Positions 12,511 through 23,184 of a stretch of DNA of 49,933 nt are shown piece by piece. Each line of letters begins with the position of its first letter. The first letter of the stretch is position 1. The DNA comes from Polymyxa betae A26-41 (taxonomy: Eukaryota; Protista; Endomyxa: Phytomyxea), in assembly GCA_003693705.1 (NCBI GenBank), contig RBZT01000713.1:1-49933 (forward strand), written 5' to 3'. The notes under the pieces are model-generated. The model did no database searches. It saw nothing but the letters and a program-made list of their open reading frames with translations, and had not been told where the DNA came from. The translations under genes were made by a program, and so were the position numbers.

Positions 12511-13199
12511 CACTGCTGTGTTTGTTTCGTGGCGTTTCTGTCATTGAGCGTTGTGTGTAGCACAGGAATCTTTGAGTCGTTTGACGAACGCCTTGATTGT
12601 CAAGCGCTCGTTTCGCTGTATCGTGATTGTCAAGTTCTCGGTCTTACGAATGAGTTTCTCGATCAGGTCCCGCTCATGTTCTGATCTCAGAGCGCTTCCT
12701 ATCAGGCTATCCGTTCTCTGCTTGCCCGCCTGTTAGTTTGATTCCAATTTCATTTTAATTTCAGCTGTATTGCTTAGGGTTAGGGTTATTGTTAGTTTGT
12801 GAGAGTATTTCAGCATATATTCTCATACCTGACTGCTTTTCTATCCATTCTACTTGCTTACTCGCTCCCCTGACAGACTTTTCTCTGACATCCTCTCGAG
12901 GTCGGGTTATTGGGATTTTCGCCGACAGCGTTTCGTCCAATTCCATCTCTTTATTCGCCTGCTGCTCTTTCATTTCGAATTTGATGAATTGTTCATGATC
13001 TCGTTCGTATCTAGGCTGTATGCCCATGAAATTGATCGTATTATGGAACTCGTCTTGTATAGGTCAGCTATTAATTCAATCCTGGAACGAGTTGACTTTT
13101 TTTAGTTGGTTTGCGCCATTTGAATTCGTTTTTTTGTTTTTTTTTTGGAAATATTTGTTTTTTTGTTGTTTTTTTGTGTTGTATTTCTGACATATTTCA

Positions 13200-14789
13200 C
13201 ATTGTGTTTAGTCTGGATCGGAATTATCAACTATCGGATGGGATTGAGGCCACCTCGATCGCATTGCAAGCTTGTCGTCGATTCCAAAACGATCCTGAAC
13301 ACAATCTTTCCTGCAAGATTCTGCTGATCTTATCGCTGCAAATGGTCCTGGAATACCGAATGTATTCGTATCTGGACGATCTCCTCGATTTAAACGACGA
13401 CCTCTTACGTCATGGTCTTGTCGTATATTCGATGCAGACCAGCTTCTATGATCGAATGGATCATCTTCGTCACCATTACCCATCTGCCCATGAGACATTC
13501 CAGAAGCTGATTCCCGCGAGATTCGTACCGGCCCCGACGTTGTCTGCCACGGCTTCGACACTTGGCGAGTATCAAATCAGGCTCGTTCGGTGTCTCGATT
13601 TCAAGATGAATATGAGATATTGGAGCGTATCGGTCAGCTGATTATTAATTTTTTTTTTAATAGTCTTGTTTCATGAAGAAAACATGTTCGTCATGTTTGC
13701 TGATTTAGAAACGAATTTTTTTCGCTCGTTTATTGAAACATTTCATCGCACGGAAATTCCTCGTCCGAGTTGTTTATCGAACAATCTGCAGATAAAGTTT
13801 CCAGTTTCTTTTGGAGTGAATTTCTCGTTTACAATTTATCCAGATGAAGGCCGGTACGGGGTCGTTTTCCGAGCGCGATCTGCACGAGATTGGTCTTTAC
13901 CGGAAGTTGCGATTAAAACCCATCCTGGACCTGGATCTTCGGATCTCGACAAGATGCGAAACGAGGCGGAATTCATGTCCCGTTATTGTCATTCGAATCA
14001 AGTGAATGGATTGGTGCAATTTCTGGACCTGTTCGAATGCGATAGTACGACCTATCTGGTGACGGAGCTGATTCCGGGCTCCTCTCTGCAGAACTTGTCC
14101 ATTCCGGATTCAGTTGATACTGCAGTCATGCAGATCATCTCAATTACGTATCAGGCTCTATCTATATTAGATCGCTTCCATGCTCTCACTATACTTACAA
14201 TGACTTTTCTGTCCATTTCAACAACTGTAAAGGCCTTCGTTCATTTTCCAATCACATGAATTAAACTTTGTTTTTTTACATATTTTTTGCATAGTTTGTG
14301 TTATTTGTTAAAAAGTTTGATTTAGAGAACGATAAACACTGAGTTCTGTCATATTTTTTTGTATATTTTGTGTTATTTAGTTGAAAAGTTTGATTATAGA
14401 ACGATAAAAACTGATTATTTCTTTGTCCAGTGATGACCGATATGCAGACCGACGATGTTCTGTTAATTGATTTCGGTCTAATCACCAGGCCGAAAACTGA
14501 TTCGGACCTACATCCGGGTCGATTTGATCTGTTTCAACTTCTACGTCAGATTACTCTCTTAACGGGTCGGATCAAACAGCGTCTGAACATGGCCTGGTAT
14601 CAATGCAGTCCTGGGTTGGTGCTGAGCCAGTTCTCCCAGACGCTGACGAACAGGCCGAAAGGAGACTGGACGTGTGCGGCATTGATGGCCGATTCGGTGT
14701 GTAGTTGTGTCCGGGAGCGACCCCCCCGGTCTTCCATTCGATATCGAAACTTTCCCGTCTTAACAGAATTCAAGAGATTTCAGCCTTAA
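13200..14789 (+). pseudogene. Protein kinase-like gene with frameshift (introns retained)
   Basis: EGRYGVVFRA, VAIK, alphaC Glu (RNEAEFM) and YLVTELIPG are present. The catalytic loop YNDFSVHFNN is in a shifted frame (~14185). Intron 14227-14430 joins it to LMTD...LLIDFGL. Confidence 0.7.
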
Positions 14790-15898
14790 TCTTCTGCTTT
14801 GGAGAACAGTAACTCAGGTACTTCTAAGGATCACTCAACTGGTTTTATATATTTTTTTTCCGTATTCTGCTGTTTTTTATGTTTTTTTTTGTTTAATATT
14901 CAGCTGTTTGTTGAAAGATGCGCCGTTTTATATAATTTGTGTTTGAATATTTCATGTAAAAATTGTTACTCGGAACTCTGCTGATTCGTCGTCAGGAATG
15001 AATAAGGGCGGCATCATAGCTCTCAGTCTTATCGGTGCCCTCCTTATTGCTACTGTTTCAGTTTACTTTTATTGGAGATCCAAGCGATGCCGGCCTTCCC
15101 ATAATTCCGTCGTACTTCCACTTACCTGAATCTGTGGCCTAAAAAATGAACAATTTTCTGCTGCCGGAAGGCTTTCTGAATGTTGATACTGTTCGCTCCG
15201 TTCTTAGTAGCGAGTTTCAGAAGCGCTGATGCGGCAGTCCTTTTAAAATTGCAAACTTCCACGAATTTCAAATGTTTTTACAACCGCAAACTCGAGATTC
15301 CATCCTATCCTGCCCTGATAGGGAACTTTCCTCAATTTTTTCTGGATTACAATACGAAATCTCTTGGAACAAGCTGGTCCGCTCGGCTAACTTTTCGATG
15401 AAGCGACCAGATCGAGAGCTGTAGCAACTTTTTTCGCTAATTTGCAATTTTGCCGCGCCTTTTGCTTTGCCGGATCTGTGCAGTTTAGATGTACGACGCT
15501 GTTACACAGGCATCTACCGCCCCTAAATAATAACGGATAAATGTGATTTATTCGCGATCGTTTGCGATTGCTCTTTTCTTTTGCTGTTTTGACTCAAAGC
15601 AGAACTTTTTTGGAATCCACGCTCTGTTCAGATTCTGCGGATTCCTTAGAATTCGGCTTCAGTGGTTGATAAGGTATTTTCGTGTTAAGGTATTTGATGG
15701 CGCCTTGGCCTGTATTGCAGTCATTGCATTTCCGATCGAATGTGGGTGGAAATGATTATTTTCGTGGCGCAACGATCGTGTCGATCAAGCAGCACAATCT
15801 CCCGGGAAAAAATCGGCATTCACCCGACGCCAATCCGTCAACGGCTCCTGTTGAAACGCTGCGGGCCCAGGGCCCATCACACGATGATGACGAAACCA

Positions 15899-16770
15899 TC
15901 AGCGAAGACAAGTATCATGGATAAACAACCCGACCCCGGTTGTTTGTTGTGTTTGATTATGGTACTTTGTAGATTCGCGACATCGTTGGTGCATTTGGTG
16001 GGTTACCCGACCTCGCCGGTTTATTTCGGCTGTAAGTGGGTCGGGAAAATCTTGTTCAAAGAGAACAGATCCCCCACGCACTTTCTCGATGTCAACATCG
16101 ATGACTGCGTAATTCGTCAGCATCGTCGGCAGCAGGTGGTTGGCAGCCAGCGCAACAGCCTCCTGCTCCTCTTTGGGGACACGTTCGAGGATTTCCCTGG
16201 CTTGAAACTTATGTATTGCTGTTGGTTTGAGATAATGTTCCGACGACAGACGCTTGAACAGCTGCAGGTTCAGCGCCCCCAGATACAGCGACTTGACCGT
16301 ATAAACCGCAAAGCAAAGCTGTGAAGTGTCAACGCATGGAAACATTCGCGCCGACATCGGGCGAATCCGCTCGACCCAAATTCGCAGGAATTCGACGCCA
16401 GTATTGGACATAAAATGCCATAAAAATTGCGCCCCCTTAACCCCACATATTCAACACTTGTCTCGATAGCAGCATGCCAAAACGGGACGCTTACGATCCA
16501 AATGTGTGACCTTGAAATCATAACTCCGCCATCGGTGATCGGGGGTCTGCGAACACGTCACAGCTTCCGACAGGAGCATCGCTTCATACTCCCCAGGCCG
16601 TACGGATCGGTTGGCGACCTGTGAGGCAATTGATATGCCTGGGGATACCTGCATCACAAACCGAATGGTTTCTAAGATTGCGTGCAAATCTTGAGCCGTC
16701 CTGCGATCATGGGTAACGTCCTCGTTACCATGCCATTGATTCAAACGATGACAATGCATCTTACTCCAGA
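15899..16770 (-). pseudogene. Tyrosine recombinase (phage-integrase fold) pseudogene
   Basis: ORFs 16451-16981 and 15899-16411 are in the same frame, split by one TGA. Motifs: SVRPGEYEAM (Arg, 16598-16600), FLRIWVERIRP, KPTAIHK (T..RK position, CAT at 16211-16213), VALAANHLLPTMLTNY (His 16136-16138, Tyr 16109-16111). Confidence 0.7.
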
Positions 16771-16937
16771 TTTCAAATCGGCAATCTGTGTTAGGAAAAC
16801 CCCGGCCCCCAGAAAGCGGGTATGAAGAAAACAAACAATTTTTTATGTAAAAAAAGTTAAGGAAAATCCGATCAATAGGGGTTTGAATGGCGGCGGCGTT
16901 CCTTCGTTTCAATCTTCTTGAACTTTTTGTAAGCGCG

Positions 16938-17773
16938 CTAGTCTTCCGAAGTATCGCTCGCGCTGTTGGACTGTTCTTCATCTTGAAGCTTGCGACACGC
17001 CTTCTTGGACTTGGTTGATTTTTTCCACTCTTCTTCCAGGTACGCGTAGATCGCCGAATGTTTACTGATGAACTCCGTGACCATCTTATTGATTGCCTCC
17101 GTGCTGAGGTTCTTGAGCTGGGATCGGAAAGTGCTGCGCAGTCCGGACTTGGTCTTGTGGGGCATGTACTTGCCCAGGTGCGCGATGGCCTTCGCTCATG
17201 TCGCCTCCGAGTCTCCAGGAAGTTCGGTGACGAAAAGGAATGCAGCCATCAATCCCAGGAGGAATTGAAGGCCTTCGTCCGTCGGCTGGACTCGCTGGCG
17301 CTTGGTATCCTGACCGATCTTTCGCCAGCTGACGCAGCTGGATGCGACAGTTATCGATGGTTTGATCCACCAGCATCAGGGCGTGGTGGTCACCGCCCGA
17401 CAGTGGCTCGACTCCACTCGTCTCAGGGGTACTGTACTCCACACTGGCATACAGGGTGATGATGGAATACCGAAACAGCCATTTCTCGACATAGCCTGCA
17501 AAGAGTCAATGGATCCATCACGTATATTTCGGATGTCATCTAGAATTATGTTTCAGCGACATTGCGACATTCCGTGGAGACTAGACTCTGTAACCTATCG
17601 CGGCGATGGCGATGTCCAGACGGGAGGCGCAGGATAGCGATACGGGCGGGGTCCGGGCTGGACTTCTCGGTCTCGGCGTTGTCAGCATCGGCCGCAGCCT
17701 CCGCCGTCGCATGCGCTTGCTTGAAGACATCCTCCAACGGCGACGACATCTTCAATATGGATAAAGACAGCAA
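16938..17773 (-). pseudogene. Unknown ORF family, copy A (disrupted)
   Basis: ...GQDTKRQRVQPTDEGLQFLLGLMAAFLFVTELPGDSEAT*AKAIAHLGKYMPHKTKSGLRSTFRSQLKNLS... with an in-frame TGA at 17196-17198. Homologous to 23185-23704. The 5' boundary is uncertain. Confidence 0.6.
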
Positions 17774-18729
17774 GTCCGCAAAATAAGCCCGTCATATCAA
17801 GTCGGCCTTAAAACAAGGTTATAAAATCTCACCCCAGCCGGAGTTCTTACAGGTCCTTTTTGCATATGAGCAATAATTTTGGAAATGGCTTAGAAAAAGT
17901 CGAAAAGAAGGGATTGTATATTTCATAAAACCCAAATCACTACGATTTTTTCGGCATTCTCTCATGTTCTAACCAAACTCGTAACCTGTTTGAGACAAAT
18001 TCAATTTAATAAAAATGTATTCTCCCTTGAACTCGTTGATTGTCATCCTGAAACCCTTTTCTTCATCTTGCGGAATTCCGAAAACATCCTCACTTCAAAT
18101 CCCGAATTATTCTTTTCTGTCTCTTTTCTGGAAGAGAAGTTTTAGGCCATGACGCCTTTACGCTTTTGACTCCAAAAATCAAATGCTCCCTATATCTGGA
18201 ATTCTATTTTATTTTTTCCAAAAAATGATTGTCTTTTATGATCTGGTTTATCTTCCGTGTTGTACTCTTTTCTCATAGTTTCTCAACCCGACTTCCACAA
18301 ATAATTGTTCTTTGATTCATATACTTTTCTCTTCATTCAGAATATGCTCTTCCGAGTGTATCAATTGTGTATTTTGAACAAAAAATAATTTCCTTCGAAT
18401 ACGCTAATAGGTGTTTGTGTCATTTCAACTCGGAAGACAAAATTCGTTTTTGCAAACCGTCATTTCAAATTCTAAAATAAAATTGTTTTGCGTGTCTCTG
18501 TCTGGCAGAAAAGTGTTTTGGTCTGACGCTTTGACGCAGTTGATTAAGTTAATACCAACTTTTGATACTTTGGATGTCCCCGATTAGCCACCGAGGAAGT
18601 CTCTTTGCGGCAGCAAGCCGAATTCTAAGCCTCGCCTCAATCTCACACATCACCAAACCACCCCAAATCCACAATACCCTAGACTACGCTCAAACCTCGC
18701 CTGACCCCAATAGCATATCCCCATCTGAC

Positions 18730-19620
18730 ATGCACGATCTGCAGTTTCTGCATCATGATTAGATCGGTCTCTCGTTCAGATTCTAGTTCTTGTCGCTACT
18801 TTTGAGAATGACGCACTTCAACATGGCGGCTGGGTGATCAGCATGACACCATCAGATGGTCGGCGTTGCCAGATGCGTCGACAACGGCGACGGAAATGTC
18901 ACTTGCTTGATCTTCTTTGTACAATGAGGCTGATTGATCTCTGTGTTCTTCAACACGGACCGTCGATGGCTCCGAACATGTCGCACAACAACTAAAATCT
19001 GAGTAGATATAAAAATCCATCAAATCAAACAGAACGTCACCAGCGGTCTGATTTAAACGATAAACAAAAAACACGATTAGGTGTTACCTTTCGCCGTCTG
19101 ACTTTAGAGAAGCGTTTGAAGCAGATGTACAGGCACCAATAGTACAAAGGAATAGTTCCTTTTTCGGAGATCATCCACCAAAGGTCGTCGAAAAACAAAA
19201 AATAGGGGAACGACCGGGTCGCATAGATGGTCGATGTCATTGGTCGAAGCCGTCCAGCTGTCCACGCCTTCAGAATCTTTATAGCGCGATCTTGTACAGT
19301 AGTGAAAACGATGTTGCGGGGCCTCCCAGTCATCTGAATCGCTTCTATATCTCCATCAAAGCGCAGCAGGTGGCGCCAAACCATGAGATCATTCATTCAT
19401 CACTGTTCCGTACAGAAAAGCTCCTAAAATCCTAACAGACCCTCCATGACATCCCTCGTACCGTATTCCGTACTCCGGTAATGATGACCTCTATTGTTAA
19501 TACTTTCAATAAACATTATAAGGTTCTTCCAATATCGATCTCGCTGTTCATGTTGCAATCCTGGATGAATGTATACAAGAGGCAGTAGCAGCGCTTTTTC
19601 TATGATAAAGCCCTGACTTT
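18730..19620 (-). pseudogene. Decayed duplicate of the last PH/FYVE exons of the myosin-Sec7 gene
   Basis: 19086-19170 resembles 25043-25140 (acctttcg.cgtctgactttagagaag; CFKRFSKVRRRKV vs CFKPFSKVRRRKV). 18730-18998 resembles 24720-24980. The intron position is retained and there are many indels. Confidence 0.85.
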
Positions 19621-20148
19621 TTCTATGATAAAGCCCTGACATGATCTGTGATTATGTTTTGTATTTTAAGCTGTTTGATTGGGAAGATATCTGCTTTCAG
19701 CAAGTTTCTACATTATAATCCACTCTGGGTGTGTGTCACTAACGCCGTGATGGTGAAACCCTCTAAGCTTTCGACGGGGCCCTAATTCTGATTCGCATAG
19801 AATATCTATCTGTCCCAGACAATTTTTCAGCTTTTAATTTGGTGTTCATAAGCTTCTCCATTTCCATTGCGAAATAATGTGAGTAGATTTAAGGTTTAAA
19901 GATCTTTTCCTTTGAGTCGTTTTCCTTTGATACTATATGCTCTTCGTTTGTGAATTCTACTCTGTCGATGAGCTGTGTAATACGAGTCTGTCAGTTTTGT
20001 GGTCTATATTTGACATATTTTGGCTCGCAAATCATCTGGTAGATCTGGTTTTATTTCATGATATGTTTCAGCTGCCAATCTAATACTCTGCCTTTGCCAT
20101 AGTTCTTCGAAATATGAACTTGACGGAAGCAATCCGCAATTTGAAGTT

Positions 20149-20829
20149 CTAATCCTTGTGGAAGATTCGAAATCTCGTAATGAAAGCAAAAAACACACAC
20201 GCTGCTGCAGGTTTCACAGGTGGTAATCTCGGCTGGAGTAGAAATCTGTATAGCACCTGAAGCAAGGCATGAGAATCGTTTTCTGGGATATCGTCTGTCA
20301 TTCTCGCTATCATCTCAATATGTGCTATAGCCGTGGTAAGTGGATCTCCAACCATCGATCGCACCAGTTGCCGCATATCTGCCTGGGAAATGCTTACAGC
20401 CTTCGGGTCCACGCCGTCTAGTCGCCGCTTTCTACGGGGGGGACGGGAACAGGATCCCTCAGTAGCTGAAGAACTTGACTGAGCTGACTTAGGAGTGCCG
20501 CCGGGAGAGTCGAAACGGAATGCGGTTCGAACAGACTTGTCAGCTTGCTGACCAAAATACGCATCACCTCCAAAATCCACGTCGCGCAGTCCAGAGCTTC
20601 CATCGAGATACGCGACAAGGGATCCACCGATCCCATCAAGTCTTTTGAACAGTCCAATAAAGAAGTCACCATGGCCACGGTCAGTGACCTCAATCTGGAA
20701 CAGATCGGACAGCGTGAGAGTAAGTTGCATTGCGTCGTTTTGGATAATGAACAAAACGAAGAGGACGCTGCAGGGTCCATTGCGAAATGGCGCCTGATTT
20801 AGATATTTAGTCACTGTCACTGCAGTCAA
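20149..20829 (-). CDS. Hypothetical intronless ORF(s) directly downstream of Rep
   Basis: A 226-aa ORF overlaps the Rep stop and contains a basic cluster (RPPRRKRR). An alternative-frame 120-aa ORF at 20418-20780 starts with ATG. No recognisable domain, and the true frame is unclear. Confidence 0.3.
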   Translation of the reverse strand: MTAVTVTKYLNQAPFRNGPCSVLFVLFIIQNDAMQLTLTLSDLFQIEVTDRGHGDFFIGLFKRLDGIGGSLVAYLDGSSGLRDVDFGGDAYFGQQADKSVRTAFRFDSPGGTPKSAQSSSSATEGSCSRPPRRKRRLDGVDPKAVSISQADMRQLVRSMVGDPLTTAIAHIEMIARMTDDIPENDSHALLQVLYRFLLQPRLPPVKPAAACVFFAFITRFRIFHKD

Positions 20830-22258
20830 CTATGCGAGCCAGAAAATCCGGCGCGCTTTCCGAACTACAGTCACTGTCGGAGGACGACGATGACGTTACA
20901 GACGAAGAATCGAGATCAGAGTCCGACCCGTCGTCACACGAAGAAGAAGACGAGCAAGACGTAGCAGCGACAGCCAACTCGCGCAAACCTTGCACAGCAA
21001 CACCGGCCGAAATAACGGAAGCCTGTGTTTCGACTTGAACGTCAGGCGCCGGGAGCGCGACACGGTCCTCGATCTCAATCGGCAGATCGCCGGCGAGGTC
21101 CGCAAGCTGAATATGTTGATGCGGACGAAAAAGCTCGTGATCAGGGGGATAGTCCACGATTGCACGCTCGTCACTGTCATACTTCCACCACCCGTGCGTG
21201 ACACGGAAAAACCGACGCCACGCCTCGCACGGGTACAGCTCGGGATGATGATCGTAGCAGCGACAAAACGCCGACTGACCGCAGCACTCGGTCAGGTCGA
21301 CGACCACGAACCGCTTCAACACAGCCGCCACATGAACAGGACCATGCGATTCAAATATTTTCGCAGGATGCACATTCGACGTTACAATGATATGGTTCGG
21401 GCGCATACGGGCACCGCCGAACTTACGCTCCCCAGAAAACGAACCGTAATTAGCCCAGCGCTTAATAAATCCCATGCCCCACGAACCAAAATTCTCATCG
21501 ACATCGTCCATGAACACGACAGGCTGACGCCGGTAGTTATCCCACCACTTGTTTAGATCCTTCAGGTACACGTCCTCGGTCCGAAAAAAACGCGGAACAA
21601 AAGATGATTTGCCGATATCGCCAGCGCCGACCAACCAAACATTACGCCGGTAACGCAGATGCGTCACAGGCCGGGAAAATATCGCACGCTCCTCTATGCG
21701 CTCCAGAGACCGGATCGACGAGATTTGAAGACGCGGCTCGATTTCATCGATTTGACCACTCGTCGCCAGGTCATACGCCGTTTTCCAACGACATTTTTCC
21801 CCGTTTCCACCGTCCGCCGGACAGATACCGTCCTCGTAAAAAGTCCACACATCGGCCGCCTTCGTACAATAAGCGCGGTTATCAGCGGCGGACGCAACAG
21901 CACGACGCAACCGCGGCGTAAACGGCGAAAACTTCTTCAGGATCGAAGAAAAAGACATTGAATTTTAAATTGAATGTAGCCCTGAAAAGCCCTGAAGATG
22001 CAGGCGTTTTTCCTCAGTAAATTCACGCCCATACACAAGATACTTGTGCGGGATCGCCTGCACAATAGGTTCCGGGTCGGTCCATTCAACACCGGGCGGC
22101 AATTGTTGGTGACAGAACAGCGTAAACACCATCGATCGCGCCTTAGTGCTACCGCGCTCCAACAACAGCGGTTCGCCTTCTCCAATCATAGTAATCGCCA
22201 TTGGAGCACCCGTTTCAACAATGGAGCAAGAGGGGGTGCTCCGCCCGGGGGGATGCAT
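20807..22258 (-). pseudogene. rep: CRESS-DNA virus-like rolling-circle replication protein (HUH endonuclease + SF3 helicase), disrupted
   Basis: Motif I VFTLF, motif II LHLQG, motif III YCTK, Walker A GAGDIGKS, KWWDNY, Walker B VFMDD, motif C IVTSN, Arg finger VLKRF. Intronless. Single in-frame TAA at 21965-21967. Ser/Asp-rich C-terminal tail. Confidence 0.92.
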
Positions 22259-22306
22259 TTTGTAAGGCGCACCCCGTGAAATATATGACGGATCCCTAAC
22301 GTTCCG

Positions 22307-22974
22307 TCACATGGAGCAAGTTGAACTTCGGTCGGCGCACGACATCACACCCCAAATTGCAAGCATAACTGCTGTGTTAATGACCCAGATCGGTGACATA
22401 AAAGAGGATTGCTTAAGAGCATACAGCAGCACTCCGGCTTCTAATAATAGCGTCCAGAATGCGGTCATAAGCAATGCGGTCGCCCAGAACATTATTTTCT
22501 TCCTCACAGCTCCAGTCTGTGACGCTTCATGTTTAAGGTCAGCACCGCCGATTGCAGCAATAATCGCTATCAGCAGACTAATGGTGGTGATGTGTGCTGT
22601 GTCGAGGTAAGAGCAGAAGCTTGGTCTCCCTAATAAAGATCCGCTGATAATCACAGCAGCCGCAGGCTTAGCACGACGAGGAATGATGTCCCACTTTGAA
22701 TATCGATCTTAGCTTCTTGTATGTTGTAAGCTGGATTATCGTCATTTGGTTCATCACCGACAGCTATACCAGCAAGAGCCAACCCGATAGAATATGCCGC
22801 CGGGAACACGGCCCATGTCAGATAATCATAAATCATAGAGTCATCTGTTGAACAGATAACGGTATTTTCATGAGCAATGGATGCGTTGAGCTCGGACGGT
22901 TCAAAAGAATGAACCGTGGTACAGATAAGAAGGGCCATTTGGAAAGTCGCCCATACCACACATGAATAACGCAT
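22307..22974 (-). pseudogene. Intronless multi-pass membrane protein (signal peptide-like N-terminus plus ~5 TM), one frameshift
   Basis: MRYSCVVWATFQMALLICTTVHS... joins ORF 22307-22654 if one base is restored near 22668. That base is present in the duplicate at ~23124. The gene ends ~50 bp upstream of the Rep ORF on the same strand. Confidence 0.55.
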
Positions 22975-23172
22975 TATGCAGCAATTCCGGAACGACGTGT
23001 CAGCAATAATCGCTATCAACGGACTGATGGTGGTGATGTGTGCTGTGCTTTGTCGAGGTAAGAGCAGACGCTGGGTCTCCCTGATAAAGATCCGCTGATA
23101 ATCACAGCCGCCGCGCGCAGGCTGTAGCACGACGAGGAATGATGTCCCACTCTGAATATCGATCTTAGCTTC
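22555..23172 (+). repeat. Direct repeat ~165 bp (22555-22716 and 23001-23172)
   Basis: cagcaataatcgctatca...gaatatcgatcttagcttc occurs twice with few substitutions and small indels. Confidence 0.95.
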
Positions 23173-23184
23173 CCCAATCCAGTG

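Noticed and set aside
10080-13030. Several ORF fragments (10105-10770, 11663-12382, 12551-13027)
   Set aside because: They look coding-like but are fragmented, and I recognise no family, so they are not annotated.
22203-22242. 9-bp inverted repeat GGAGCACCC/GGGTGCTCC as the CRESS origin
   Set aside because: The loop is 22 nt and lacks a NANTATTAC-type nonamer. No canonical origin stem-loop was found near Rep.
20807-22258. Helitron interpretation of Rep
   Set aside because: The helicase is SF3 (CRESS-type), not PIF1/SF1, and no TC...CTRR ends were identified.
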